Source: a virus. From it: a DNA stretch of 64,000 bases. The translations under genes and the position numbers were made by a program. The notes under the pieces were generated by a model, which saw only the letters and a list, made by a program, of their open reading frames with translations, searched no databases and was not told the DNA's origin. The stretch lies in IMG/VR virus record IMGVR_UViG_3300032293_000766, positions 32,001-96,000 of that record, one strand, 5' to 3'. Below, piece by piece: positions 47,701 through 56,658 of the stretch (its first letter is position 1; the number at the start of each line of letters is the position of its first letter).

Positions 47701-49531
47701 TAAAGTACCAAGTGGTGTTAGAAATCTTTTAGTTCCACAAGATTTAACACCATTTATTTCAGAAAATGGTAGAGTCTCAGCTTATGTTAGATTTGATTGG
47801 AGTAACTATCTAAGCCTTGAGGGTTTATCATCTAATGATTATACTCAACAGTCTATGTCGAGAAGTAGTTTATTAACAGGTATGATGCCAGACATATCTA
47901 ATACTCTAGATAATGTTGGTGAAGATTTATCTTTTGCTGAAACTAAAGGTTTAGAGAGTGGGGTTAATATAACAAACTGGAGTTGCGCATTCGTCAAGTG
48001 TGACTTAAGCGATAAATTCTACATGTCACCAAAGACATCGGGTAGAAATGTTAAAGTTTTTGCCAGCACTGTTACTGATATAGGTTCTATAGCCCCAGTT
48101 AGACAATTATTTAATGAAGAAACTTGTGAATTTGAGACTAGTTTCTCTTATTATTTAGCGCGTTATATTCCAACGCGAAACGATTCGGGAAATAACAGAA
48201 CTATGACTGAATTCAATAAGATATATGAGCCACTTTTCTCTGGTAATTTAATAGATACGAGAAAACAAGAACTAGATTATAATAATGTATACGCATTAAT
48301 TACTTTACCGGGTCGCCCAATTCCATTAAAAGATATAAGATTTAGAGATGCTGTGTATTTTAGCCAAAATCCAGTTAAAATGAAACATATTCTTACGCAA
48401 GACACAATTAAAGATCCAACTAACATTCTTGGATTTCGAAATCCATCATTTGTAAAAAAACCAACTAATATTCTTAGAGACTATTGTAGTCAATTCAGTG
48501 CGAATACTCTTACTAAATCTTTTCATATATACAAAGAAACAATGAAAGGCTTAACGTTTGGCCTACCACAAAGAATGCATGTAGCAGTTCCGTCACCAGT
48601 TTATCCAGATGTGGTATGCATATCTTTAGAATCTAAAGAGCGATGCTATGGGCCTTGGATAACCACATTGATGAATTCTGGAGATTTAACTCCAGAGTTA
48701 GCCCAAGATTATGGAATATCACAATACAGAAATATTGGTGGAAAGCTGGAATATATACGCGATGAAAACTTAGCACCTTGGAATTATTGTGGTCATGACT
48801 TAATGAATGAAGCTGGCAAACTAAAGGCTTCATATGGTAATAGTTTAATGTTACATTCTGAGCGCGGAGGGTTTGTTTACGCAGATGCCCCAAGTGGTAT
48901 TAGTATTGGTAGAGCATTAATGGAAAGTGGGGCGTATATAACTAGCATAGATGTAAGTGTATCTACAGCCGGTATACAAACTACCGTTAAATTAGATTCT
49001 TATACTGCACAGTGGGGTAAATTAGATAGACAAAAAGAAATTCAAATATCTCAGATAAGTCGTGAGCGTCAAAAATTAAGAGATACAAAAAATCAATTCA
49101 TAAGAAGAGGAATAGGAAAAAGTCAAACTTCTATTAATTATGGAGAAATTTTAGGCTCTATAGAAAAATCTGTAGATGATACGGTTAATCAAGTTAAATA
49201 TAGGGTTGGAAGCATACAAACAGAAAAACAAGATCGCTATAGAACTTCCCCAGGAAATCCTATTTCAAGCGGTGCGATGTATAGTCATAATTTTTATGTA
49301 GGTAATACTAATAATTTTGGTATAACAGATGAGCAGGGATATCATAGAGATGCACAATCTGCCGTAGTAGAACCAGAAAACAAACATGATGTTATAGCTA
49401 CTAGAAATTCGCAAGCTATAAATGGGGCAGTAAAAATGCAAATAGTAAATAATGAATATCGTATGTCACAATACACAGTAGATAGCGACCTTGCTGCGGA
49501 ACAAGGTTGGACTACTCCAGTAATATCCTAG
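44729..49531 (+). CDS. Large tail-tip/baseplate hub-like protein (1600 aa)
   Basis: FLGATILDFSISAGYGDTASQLSVSLVND, FGGILQ.W...VNVVDPR, and C-terminal ITSIDVSVSTAGIQTT motifs resemble hub (gp27/gpD-like) proteins. Confidence 0.55.
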   Translation: MTKFTRTDPLKPNGLTYGYGIVPDSGFFGEPPQFSGARNLPRNTAFVNSGSFPSSYSNASFDSYVQQTFLGATILDFSISAGYGDTASQLSVSLVNDEYNNSDGTPLGAGADIYHSGVSGDRFNPPPIGSPVFFTFGKGGLVTAEKIYQWQSSGLPYMDNWMSGVGLTFDPPDVSGKYHFAFGGILQGWTQNRNINGFTFNVNVVDPRQILSSVKLILNNYAEGTYKTENIINVYGFLEHNPSTTLSSTLQSNYTQSGILTKYFVADSAGSYTGKFTYMGFPVSGLYDNYHKPAYNASVSNGLPRNFPITGTGMSRRSPVGIPFYRIIDAISAQMRLFGDLPQEYIDYGFETFIRFRGYNYIIDFGSLPTEYIPRLYYVDFEEVSMLDFMQEICEIVNHELFVSLLPINDHPKYQYIKAWNLSCKNSSDRNIRNKIVAGIIRIDAIDRTPAQQYGKIAEYIRDLDKVYRDNGTVIDCKATNLSEADIQKCLAKQTVTSSDIGFELTDVTTEKFVAGANEVNMHFFTGNCDRDTYQTNSQRELLQARQYTHDEMITQQILPYYGMLGFGENAGVTIPRGFGAYQQILLDTTSLNVNGVGSYYVATEMELRCAMVSFERWKEFLLMYNDVYMESVEGNDVIEGNALVATPQRGQVNHPTLSNNYAVTVPRCVFESDRNYLEGDGLPASPCAPPYGYPLYYKRALKIGIPEGGLAKVTANLTQSITDLAKMRQEAKETISNSQMKGKNFKYWSTWGNLMFDSFRAFKGTLHPRKVELIDSTQASFTRVFNFYNTLNNNINNNNSDYREYTALIDDAMTNASKVISIMPRLARKQNENAKKVYNFIKNIAEECLGKKFLVKIPKYANSFYQDKVEYSTTDNSRPYTLTKGPFGFKPKVLNSAFEISGIRYNTFTALTSLSQCPPMKSYLTSGSYDGMPVNGLIKDGALKSNYQPITDTFEFNYVPSTEGGFFDFDLYANVFKSNEMLYMMNNYADKVPSGVRNLLVPQDLTPFISENGRVSAYVRFDWSNYLSLEGLSSNDYTQQSMSRSSLLTGMMPDISNTLDNVGEDLSFAETKGLESGVNITNWSCAFVKCDLSDKFYMSPKTSGRNVKVFASTVTDIGSIAPVRQLFNEETCEFETSFSYYLARYIPTRNDSGNNRTMTEFNKIYEPLFSGNLIDTRKQELDYNNVYALITLPGRPIPLKDIRFRDAVYFSQNPVKMKHILTQDTIKDPTNILGFRNPSFVKKPTNILRDYCSQFSANTLTKSFHIYKETMKGLTFGLPQRMHVAVPSPVYPDVVCISLESKERCYGPWITTLMNSGDLTPELAQDYGISQYRNIGGKLEYIRDENLAPWNYCGHDLMNEAGKLKASYGNSLMLHSERGGFVYADAPSGISIGRALMESGAYITSIDVSVSTAGIQTTVKLDSYTAQWGKLDRQKEIQISQISRERQKLRDTKNQFIRRGIGKSQTSINYGEILGSIEKSVDDTVNQVKYRVGSIQTEKQDRYRTSPGNPISSGAMYSHNFYVGNTNNFGITDEQGYHRDAQSAVVEPENKHDVIATRNSQAINGAVKMQIVNNEYRMSQYTVDSDLAAEQGWTTPVIS

Positions 49532-49540
49532 GAAATAATA

Positions 49541-52500
49541 ATGAAAATTGGAATTCAATCTCATGGTGAGAATGGCGCTCACATATTTACAAACGATTCT
49601 CCAGAATTAGAATACGTTGGATTGTCTAGCTATAGCCTTTACCAGCTTAGTGGTATCGTTATGGCTAGCGGACTTTTAAATCTTAAAGCTACGTCTAGAG
49701 ATGTTATTTTTCAAACTTTGATGGGCGAATCAGCATATGGCACCCCTAAATATTTAAAGTTTAATAAGGATACGGGTGGGTTTTCAGAGGTTACTATACC
49801 TAACAATAGAGTAAAAAACCTTATTGAGTGGCACGAATATTTTAATGAAAATCCTAGGTATATATCTTCTCCAACTGGAGGTTTTACTAGAGCAGAGGCT
49901 AGCGGACATTTAATCGATATATCTAATAGTTTATCTGGATGTTTGACATTTTTAGTTAGTGGCACTAGTATCAAAGTTGACTATACTCTTCCAGAAAACA
50001 ATGGTGGTTGTGAAAAAGAATTTTATACTTATATCAATCTACATTTTACACAAAGAAATAATGACAATACTAATCAGATAGTACAAAAGTTTCACGCTAT
50101 GGCTGGTATACCTAATACCCCAGCTGGTACTAAATATAGTTGGACAGGAACTCAAAAAGCAACATCAAGTAAACACATCGGCGTATTAGCTCCAGTTCAA
50201 GATGGTGGCGAAGATAATACAAATAATATGATAGCTGCGCCTATCGCCAAATCTTATTGCTCTAATACTGGAAGATGGGAATTTGGAACTCAGCAAACAT
50301 TAGTAAAACTTTTAACGAACGTTGACCCAGTACAAGAAACAGCTTTAGATGCAGAGACTTTTGATAATTTATCTTTTGAAGAATTGTCCAATCCCGGCTC
50401 TGCATTTTATTTAAGCAATTACAAAACGGGTTACGCATCTCCAATATACCCGCAGAATAAAAATCCTAACCTTGCAATGCCAGCATTTGTTACTAAGTCT
50501 TGCGATGATAAAAACACAAAAGAAAAAATACAGGTTGTTAACAGAAGCACTAGACCCTATGCTATAGGAGAGACAGCAAAGGCTTCATTTATATGTGGAG
50601 AATGGTTGCTATCACCATTATCTGATCCAAAACCACAGGTATTTACCCCAGTTATTAATAGGTGGCGCTTTCAAAAATTTATAGTTGACTCCGACAGCTA
50701 TTTTAAAAATTGGGTATATTATTATTATTTAGACGATGACGGAAAATTAGAAGATGGAAATGAGAAAAAATTTAGTACATACGTTTCTCCAGCCCTGTAT
50801 GAAACAAGCATTACAAGAATGTTTTTTATGGACATGGCTGTTGATAGCACCATATTTGGTCCGACTCATTTAAATACTGTGAACAGCAAAACTAAAATCG
50901 CTAAAGCAAATTTGAATGCTACTAAGTCATTAGAAACTTTACGATCTTGGACAAATGAGGAATGGGATGCATACTCTATACCTGACTCAGCTACTGAAAT
51001 AAATTCAGGAAATATTATAGTTCCATCTGATAGATATTGGCAAAGTACTGTCGCGGATCAAATGGGAACTTGGGCGGGTGGAAATGGTCCTTATAATATT
51101 ATTGGTAGAACTAATATTGCGGTAAATAATAACTCTAGCGAAGAAGATAAAGATAATTGGGCATATAAGTTCAATCACTTTTGGGGGCCAGTTTTTAATG
51201 GTGGATATAATCCTAGTAAAATTGCTAATATAAACAATGGACAAGTAGATTTTAAAACACAAAGAAGTAATTCTACATATTTTAGTAATTCAAGCGGAAC
51301 GCCAATCAATGATAATTCTGAAGCAAAAAATATACAATACGACAGTGGTAGATATATGTTTGCTGATAGTTCAGATGGCAATTGGTCGCAATTTCCAGCA
51401 GAATTGGCTCTTTTGGGTGGCCCTAACGCTAAGAATGGTGGGCCACAGGATTGTTTTGATATAATTAAGAGTGGAATTGGTCCAGCGCTTGCTACCTCCA
51501 ATTGTTATAATGTAATGCAAAAAGTGATGGGTATAAATATAAGTGGCATTCCAGATCGTTGGGATTGGTTGTATATTGATGATGGTAATGATGATGATCC
51601 ACTTGTAAACGATCTCTATGACTTAAAACCTAATAGTTTAGAGTTAACTTTCATGCCTTTGTCAGCCGAAATGGTTGGTAGTTCAGATCAATTCTCTCGC
51701 AGTTTGTTGCAAGTTACTCTTGGCAGTAGAGGTGATTTGAATCCTAGTATTAATATCTTAAGAAGATTATATATGACAGCTAGAGGCTTTAGTGGAAATT
51801 TAGATACAATTGCTGGTCCTGAATTTGGTGCTGGTGCTTTTTATCGATCTAAGTTTCCTTTTTTGAAAGAGACGTATTGGGTAACTGGAACTACTGCTTC
51901 AACACTACCTCATGTTTGGGGAACGAAGTTTTTTCCTAGAGAAAATCTTGCTTCTACATCAATGAAATCTTACAGTGGTGGTATGGTAACTAGAGCTAAC
52001 ATAATACCATATGACTACGCAGTAAAACAAACTGCGGGTCATTCTGCTGGAAGTCCAGGCATTTGGTATGCAAGTAGTCTACTTAATCAAGATGATGATT
52101 TTAGGAGAGTTGGTGGATCTAATGGTAATGCTGACTGCGTTGGTGTTATATGCGCCAAGGTTAGTATGTCTTGGAATCAATCATCTATACCAATTAAAAT
52201 TTCAGAAAGATTTGGTTTAAACGGTGTAGGTGTTACACTTACTCCGACATCTACTAATATTATCAATGTTGGTATTTTTGGAAATACCAGCGGCCCTAGC
52301 GTTGGTCAATCAACAAGATTAACTGAGCCGCAATGGGGTAGCACAATAGATAATGCTCAAGGTTTATATAGCTTTGCAACAAATGCCTTATACGCTAGAG
52401 TTTTTACACAATGGCCTGAGAAACAAACATTATTTGACGGTAGATATTTTGGTGTGTTACATTTTCTACCGGGGGCTTTAAGTGGTCATTCAAATATAGA

Positions 52501-53494
52501 CTCAGAGATAAAAGATGATGATATTACGTATAGTGGCGCTTGGAGTCCTACCGTTGGTAGAAATAGTTCTAATGCTAACCAGAGAACAGCCACTTTACCA
52601 CAGTATGAAAGAAGTGTAGATAAGATTACATATAGTGTTGATTTTAGAATTCCAACATACGCCCATCCTAAAACTCCTGCTTCTGATAATATAATCTGTA
52701 GTGCTGGAACCGTTGTTGATAGATGTGGTCCAGATACTAGAGTATTACGTCCAGAGTCAGAGTGGAGAGTTAATCCTATTAGAAGGGGCCAGATGTTTGC
52801 TGTAGGAGCTAATACTCAGCGTGTATTTAGATATTTTAAGCGTGTAATAGGTGTTAGTAAAGATGTAGCTGATTGGAAGTATGCATATAAAGTTGACTCT
52901 AGTGGAAATGCTGTTACGGGAGCTAGTGCTGATGACGGAAGGGGAAAAGATTATTCAGTAAAAGACTTAATAGGTATAACTGGTGGGGCTGGAAGTTCTG
53001 CACAAATAGAAATTACATCTATTGGTACTAGTGGTGCAGTTACTGGCTTTAAAATTGTTGATCAAGGAGAAGGTTATGTACCAGCTAATTTTAAGGATAC
53101 TAATTGGGGCAGTCGTACTGATAGAAAAGAAGACCCATTAACAGTTCTTACTTCTATAAATATAAAAGTAAAGAATGCTAAAGCTACTGGATTAAAAGTT
53201 GGGCCTATTGTTGGTGAAGTTTATGATAGATTAATGGAAGATAAGGGGCCACTAGAAGTTGCTCCAATGACGAGATTATCAACACCAAGTGCTGCTGGAG
53301 AAAATAATATAATTCAGACAAATAGAACTACGCAAATTCTTATAAATGCTTCAAGTGGAGTCAAGCCTAATTATGATTTATTTTTCCATTATCATAATGA
53401 CATAGGGCATACTTTATCGGCTTGGAGAGAGTGGAGTGTACAAAAGGATAATACTAATGGCTTGGCTCAATATTGCACAATCAATATTGGATAA
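49541..53494 (+). CDS. Large virion/tail-tip protein (1317 aa)
   Basis: Contains G.DYSV.D.I.ITGG.G...ITSI...GAVTG..IVDQGEGY module typical of phage baseplate/fibre proteins. Confidence 0.55.
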   Translation: MKIGIQSHGENGAHIFTNDSPELEYVGLSSYSLYQLSGIVMASGLLNLKATSRDVIFQTLMGESAYGTPKYLKFNKDTGGFSEVTIPNNRVKNLIEWHEYFNENPRYISSPTGGFTRAEASGHLIDISNSLSGCLTFLVSGTSIKVDYTLPENNGGCEKEFYTYINLHFTQRNNDNTNQIVQKFHAMAGIPNTPAGTKYSWTGTQKATSSKHIGVLAPVQDGGEDNTNNMIAAPIAKSYCSNTGRWEFGTQQTLVKLLTNVDPVQETALDAETFDNLSFEELSNPGSAFYLSNYKTGYASPIYPQNKNPNLAMPAFVTKSCDDKNTKEKIQVVNRSTRPYAIGETAKASFICGEWLLSPLSDPKPQVFTPVINRWRFQKFIVDSDSYFKNWVYYYYLDDDGKLEDGNEKKFSTYVSPALYETSITRMFFMDMAVDSTIFGPTHLNTVNSKTKIAKANLNATKSLETLRSWTNEEWDAYSIPDSATEINSGNIIVPSDRYWQSTVADQMGTWAGGNGPYNIIGRTNIAVNNNSSEEDKDNWAYKFNHFWGPVFNGGYNPSKIANINNGQVDFKTQRSNSTYFSNSSGTPINDNSEAKNIQYDSGRYMFADSSDGNWSQFPAELALLGGPNAKNGGPQDCFDIIKSGIGPALATSNCYNVMQKVMGINISGIPDRWDWLYIDDGNDDDPLVNDLYDLKPNSLELTFMPLSAEMVGSSDQFSRSLLQVTLGSRGDLNPSINILRRLYMTARGFSGNLDTIAGPEFGAGAFYRSKFPFLKETYWVTGTTASTLPHVWGTKFFPRENLASTSMKSYSGGMVTRANIIPYDYAVKQTAGHSAGSPGIWYASSLLNQDDDFRRVGGSNGNADCVGVICAKVSMSWNQSSIPIKISERFGLNGVGVTLTPTSTNIINVGIFGNTSGPSVGQSTRLTEPQWGSTIDNAQGLYSFATNALYARVFTQWPEKQTLFDGRYFGVLHFLPGALSGHSNIDSEIKDDDITYSGAWSPTVGRNSSNANQRTATLPQYERSVDKITYSVDFRIPTYAHPKTPASDNIICSAGTVVDRCGPDTRVLRPESEWRVNPIRRGQMFAVGANTQRVFRYFKRVIGVSKDVADWKYAYKVDSSGNAVTGASADDGRGKDYSVKDLIGITGGAGSSAQIEITSIGTSGAVTGFKIVDQGEGYVPANFKDTNWGSRTDRKEDPLTVLTSINIKVKNAKATGLKVGPIVGEVYDRLMEDKGPLEVAPMTRLSTPSAAGENNIIQTNRTTQILINASSGVKPNYDLFFHYHNDIGHTLSAWREWSVQKDNTNGLAQYCTINIG

Positions 53495-53495
53495 T

Positions 53496-53505
53496 GTGTA
53501 TAATA
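53496..53505 (+). promoter_or_regulatory. Putative phage late promoter GTGTATAATA
   Basis: Intergenic, about 30 nt before ATG 53537. Confidence 0.55.
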
Positions 53506-53536
53506 CAATGTATTTTATGTACAAAGGAGACAAATT

Positions 53537-54256
53537 ATGGCTGAAATATTGTTTTTTGCTAACGAAGTAGGATCAAATGGAGATTACCAGATAGCCCACA
53601 CGGCTGGCTCTGGACTTGGATTCTATGGCTTGACATATGGCGCATCTGTACCAATTGGTAATCAACAGTCTACAACATTCGTTACTAATTCTAATGGTAC
53701 ATCAACAGAGAGATTAGAGCTAAACAATACCGCTAAAGTTTCTGTGGGTGATACAACTACTCCCGGTCGCGTTGTAATAAATAGATCTTCTGAAGTAGCT
53801 TTAAATAATCTGCCCAATAATAAATGTCCTCTAAACGTTAGATTTGTGCATAATGAGTCTGTTAGAGTGCAAAATTGTAAGTTAAGAATATTCGATAGAA
53901 ACAATATTAATAATCATGCTTCTGGCGTAACAACATACGTGTACGAAGCAAGACATCCATCTCCAGACCAAGGCGTTAACAATCTTGCGTATCGCGGAAG
54001 AACAGCAAATACTTGGGTTGAATTTGACCCAACTGATGGTGGATCTCCAGCAGATATGTTATGTACAGATTCTCCAGGCATGAGTGGTAAAAATACTTCT
54101 GCTCAAGATACCAATATATCATTAGGATATACAACTACTGAAGGCGCTGCCCACTCTTCACTCAGACATGATTGGTATTTAGCGTTAAGCTCTGAACCAC
54201 AAAGCATAGGAAGTAAAACAAATTACGGACTCTATTTCACCGTAGAGTATCTATAA
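53537..54256 (+). CDS. Putative virion structural protein
   Basis: 239 aa, strong SD aaaggag, preceded by promoter motif, beta-rich, ends HDWYLALS...YGLYFTVEYL. Confidence 0.6.
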   Translation: MAEILFFANEVGSNGDYQIAHTAGSGLGFYGLTYGASVPIGNQQSTTFVTNSNGTSTERLELNNTAKVSVGDTTTPGRVVINRSSEVALNNLPNNKCPLNVRFVHNESVRVQNCKLRIFDRNNINNHASGVTTYVYEARHPSPDQGVNNLAYRGRTANTWVEFDPTDGGSPADMLCTDSPGMSGKNTSAQDTNISLGYTTTEGAAHSSLRHDWYLALSSEPQSIGSKTNYGLYFTVEYL

Positions 54257-54291
54257 AAATACTCGTAGCAAAATTTCTTCTGCTACGAGTA
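54255..54291 (-). terminator. Intrinsic terminator between convergent operons (possibly bidirectional)
   Basis: Perfect 11-bp stem TACTCGTAGCA (54260-54270) / TGCTACGAGTA (54281-54291), 10-nt loop; A-run 54255-54259 gives a U-tail on the minus strand. Confidence 0.8.
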
Positions 54292-54309
54292 CCAAACTAA
54301 CAACAACGA

Positions 54310-54645
54310 TCACTCTGATTGTTCAGTCTTTGGGTTCCACTTCACCCATCCATTGTCAGGTAGCCACTTGCCCTCAGAATCTTTTCTCTTTGGGAAAATG
54401 CCGCCACCCTTCTTATTTACCCCAAATGACAATCTAGCTCCGCAGTCTAAACATCGTAGTTCATAGTATAGATTATCATCTACAGTCCTAACTACAAACC
54501 TTAGATTTTCAGAACCACACTTTCCGCAGACACTTTCATCAAACACTTCTTGAAACTTAGATAGTGACTCAAAAACATCTTTTTGTGATTCACCCTCAAT
54601 TTCTACCTTAAGCCTATTATTCTTTGTAGTATATGTAACTCTCAT
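54310..54645 (-). CDS. Zinc-ribbon protein
   Basis: CGKC...CLDC; start at MRVTY (ATGA overlap with upstream gene). Confidence 0.7.
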   Translation of the reverse strand: MRVTYTTKNNRLKVEIEGESQKDVFESLSKFQEVFDESVCGKCGSENLRFVVRTVDDNLYYELRCLDCGARLSFGVNKKGGGIFPKRKDSEGKWLPDNGWVKWNPKTEQSE

Positions 54646-55418
54646 GCGTTTCTCCAATCTTCGTTATAGCCTAATAAATCACTCGGAATCGTATTTTTGT
54701 CTCTCTGGTATTCATTCAATTGATCGATAATATCACTTGCTATCTTCTTTGATATTTTTCTATTATTATCCACCTTGAATACATCCTTGAATAACTTTGA
54801 TCCATTGATATTTAACTGCTTGCACTTAACGTCTATGAAATTATACTGAGCATCACTCATTCTACCTTGATCATCGTAATCTCCGCTCGTTGAAGTTTTC
54901 TGCTTAGATATATCACGGACTATTTTAGCAGTATCTTTCTTGGTTAATTCTTCTGCTGCAACACCCTTGATCTTAAGTGCTTTCCTTAATGCTCTAGCCT
55001 CTGCTCTTGTGCTTGCAATAGCAACAGCGTATGCACAAAACATATCATCCGTATTACCTTCCCAAGCATCAGCAACTTCTGAGTATGTAGACCCATTAGC
55101 AAACGTTACTGTAAAAACAACAGTAGCTCTACCATGATGGTCTGGCGTTTGAACTGGAAAGACCTGTGTAGGCCCGCTAAACACAACTTGGCCTATTACA
55201 AGCTCTGATACACGCCTTAAACCCGCAACTAGAGGATGACCATCAACCAGTTCGTCCTCACTAAAAAGTTGCATTGCAAAATCATGCCACTCCTTAGATA
55301 GCATACTTGGAGCGTCAGACAATACTACATTCTTAACGGAAGTATCTGTATTAGACGGCGTTTGTAGTTCTTCAACTTGTTCGAACAAATTTTCATCTGT
55401 CATTAGTTTCCCTTTCAT
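54642..55418 (-). CDS. Rad52/Sak-like single-strand annealing protein
   Basis: AIASTRAEARALRKALKI helix preceded by beta strands, and C-terminal MSDAQ..FI...ASDIIDQL module, typical of Rad52-like phage recombinases; start may be 55403. Confidence 0.6.
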   Translation of the reverse strand: MKGKLMTDENLFEQVEELQTPSNTDTSVKNVVLSDAPSMLSKEWHDFAMQLFSEDELVDGHPLVAGLRRVSELVIGQVVFSGPTQVFPVQTPDHHGRATVVFTVTFANGSTYSEVADAWEGNTDDMFCAYAVAIASTRAEARALRKALKIKGVAAEELTKKDTAKIVRDISKQKTSTSGDYDDQGRMSDAQYNFIDVKCKQLNINGSKLFKDVFKVDNNRKISKKIASDIIDQLNEYQRDKNTIPSDLLGYNEDWRNA

Positions 55419-56182
55419 AATTCAATTTCAATATAGCGATTAGATTCCTCTGGATAGTTATCCTCAATATTCTTGAGTACGCTTAATATAGATTGCTTAA
55501 GTTTATCTTTATTAGCATACGTTAGATTGTAGTTAAGGTGCTTGATCCTTATCATAACAAAACCTTTACCCAAAACAAGTCCATTTTTTTCCATGTCAGA
55601 CTTGATTTGTTTTCTTAACTTTTCTTCACCCCATATAGGCTCAAAGTGAGAAGGCCCGTCTACCTCTATTATAGCCTTGAGCGCAGGAATGTACATATCC
55701 ACTTCCAGCTTATTGCCCGTCACAAGATTATCAATATGATACAAGGCATTATAGCCATTTTGTTTTAATATTGATCTCAGATATTTTTCTAACTTCGATC
55801 CCTCTTTACTTGCACGTTGTATTTCTACTAATGCTCTTTGACGCATTTTTTCTTTATCTATATCCGACAAAGTATTCCATCTTTCACGCGCTTTATTGCA
55901 TCGTTCTTCATATTTTTCTGAAGTAATATCTTCCCAGTTTTTACTCAAACCCTTACTGATTTTTAATTTTTCTATATCAGTTCTTTTTCTGCCAAGGGTT
56001 GGTATTACAGAAATTCCCTTTTCTAATGCAATTTTTTGAGCTTCGCTTTTATCTCTAAGTTCTATACCTAGTTTCTTAAGCCTTCTCCTAACTTTATTAG
56101 GATATGTATTAAGAATTCTAGATATTTCATATGGACTATTACCTTCATTATATAGTTTAATTAAGTCACTATCTATTATCAT
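55415..56182 (-). CDS. DUF559/Vsr-like endonuclease with N-terminal HTH and NUMOD3-like motif
   Basis: HTH LYNEG.S..EIS..L...VRRRLKKLGI; GRKRTDIEKLKIS; SKLE...VDMYIP...IIEVDGPSHF...D..KN...GF.MIRI. Confidence 0.75.
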   Translation of the reverse strand: MIIDSDLIKLYNEGNSPYEISRILNTYPNKVRRRLKKLGIELRDKSEAQKIALEKGISVIPTLGRKRTDIEKLKISKGLSKNWEDITSEKYEERCNKARERWNTLSDIDKEKMRQRALVEIQRASKEGSKLEKYLRSILKQNGYNALYHIDNLVTGNKLEVDMYIPALKAIIEVDGPSHFEPIWGEEKLRKQIKSDMEKNGLVLGKGFVMIRIKHLNYNLTYANKDKLKQSILSVLKNIEDNYPEESNRYIEIEL

Positions 56183-56609
56183 AAACCACCTTTACTAGTC
56201 CAACTAGATCTTGACAAGGCTCTAAGGATTCAGAGCCAGTTAATCTATAAAACTCTTTTTTATGTTCTTCTGAGCTTGGGATGATCTTACATCCCCTATT
56301 TACAACATTAAATAGAGATAGCGTATTTCTAATATTTGCTGGCTCATAATAAAAAAATGTTTTGAACCTATTAATTATCTGGTCAGTTTTTAACCATGAT
56401 TCTTCAGAAAACACAACTAAGCTCCCAGTAAATGACCACAGTTCTGTAGAATTAAAAAGCGCAATATCATAACCAAAAGGAAATGGACCAATATTATCAT
56501 AAAATATAGATATATTTGATAGATACTTTTTATTTATTTGTGCTTCAGATACAACCTTGTTAACTAGTTCTTTATCTTGTAGGTTATTTATATAGAATCC
56601 TATGTTCAT
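56169..56609 (-). CDS. Hypothetical protein, possibly a GT-B N-terminal half-domain
   Basis: MNIGFYIN start resembles GT-B first strand; 146 aa; context. Confidence 0.45.
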   Translation of the reverse strand: MNIGFYINNLQDKELVNKVVSEAQINKKYLSNISIFYDNIGPFPFGYDIALFNSTELWSFTGSLVVFSEESWLKTDQIINRFKTFFYYEPANIRNTLSLFNVVNRGCKIIPSSEEHKKEFYRLTGSESLEPCQDLVGLVKVVYDNR

Positions 56610-56658
56610 ATTTTCTTCCTTATTGTATTGTAAACATCACAGTAAAAACATATAATTT

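Noticed and set aside
49280-49325. HNFYVG resembling intein/Hint block F in the 1600-aa protein
   Set aside because: No following terminal (V)HN-C/S/T and no N-terminal C-type block A seen; no intein evident in any giant ORF.
56610-56658. Sigma70-like promoter in the minus-strand gap (TACAAT boxes)
   Set aside because: No -35 hexamer at a plausible spacing; AT-rich background makes the match weak.
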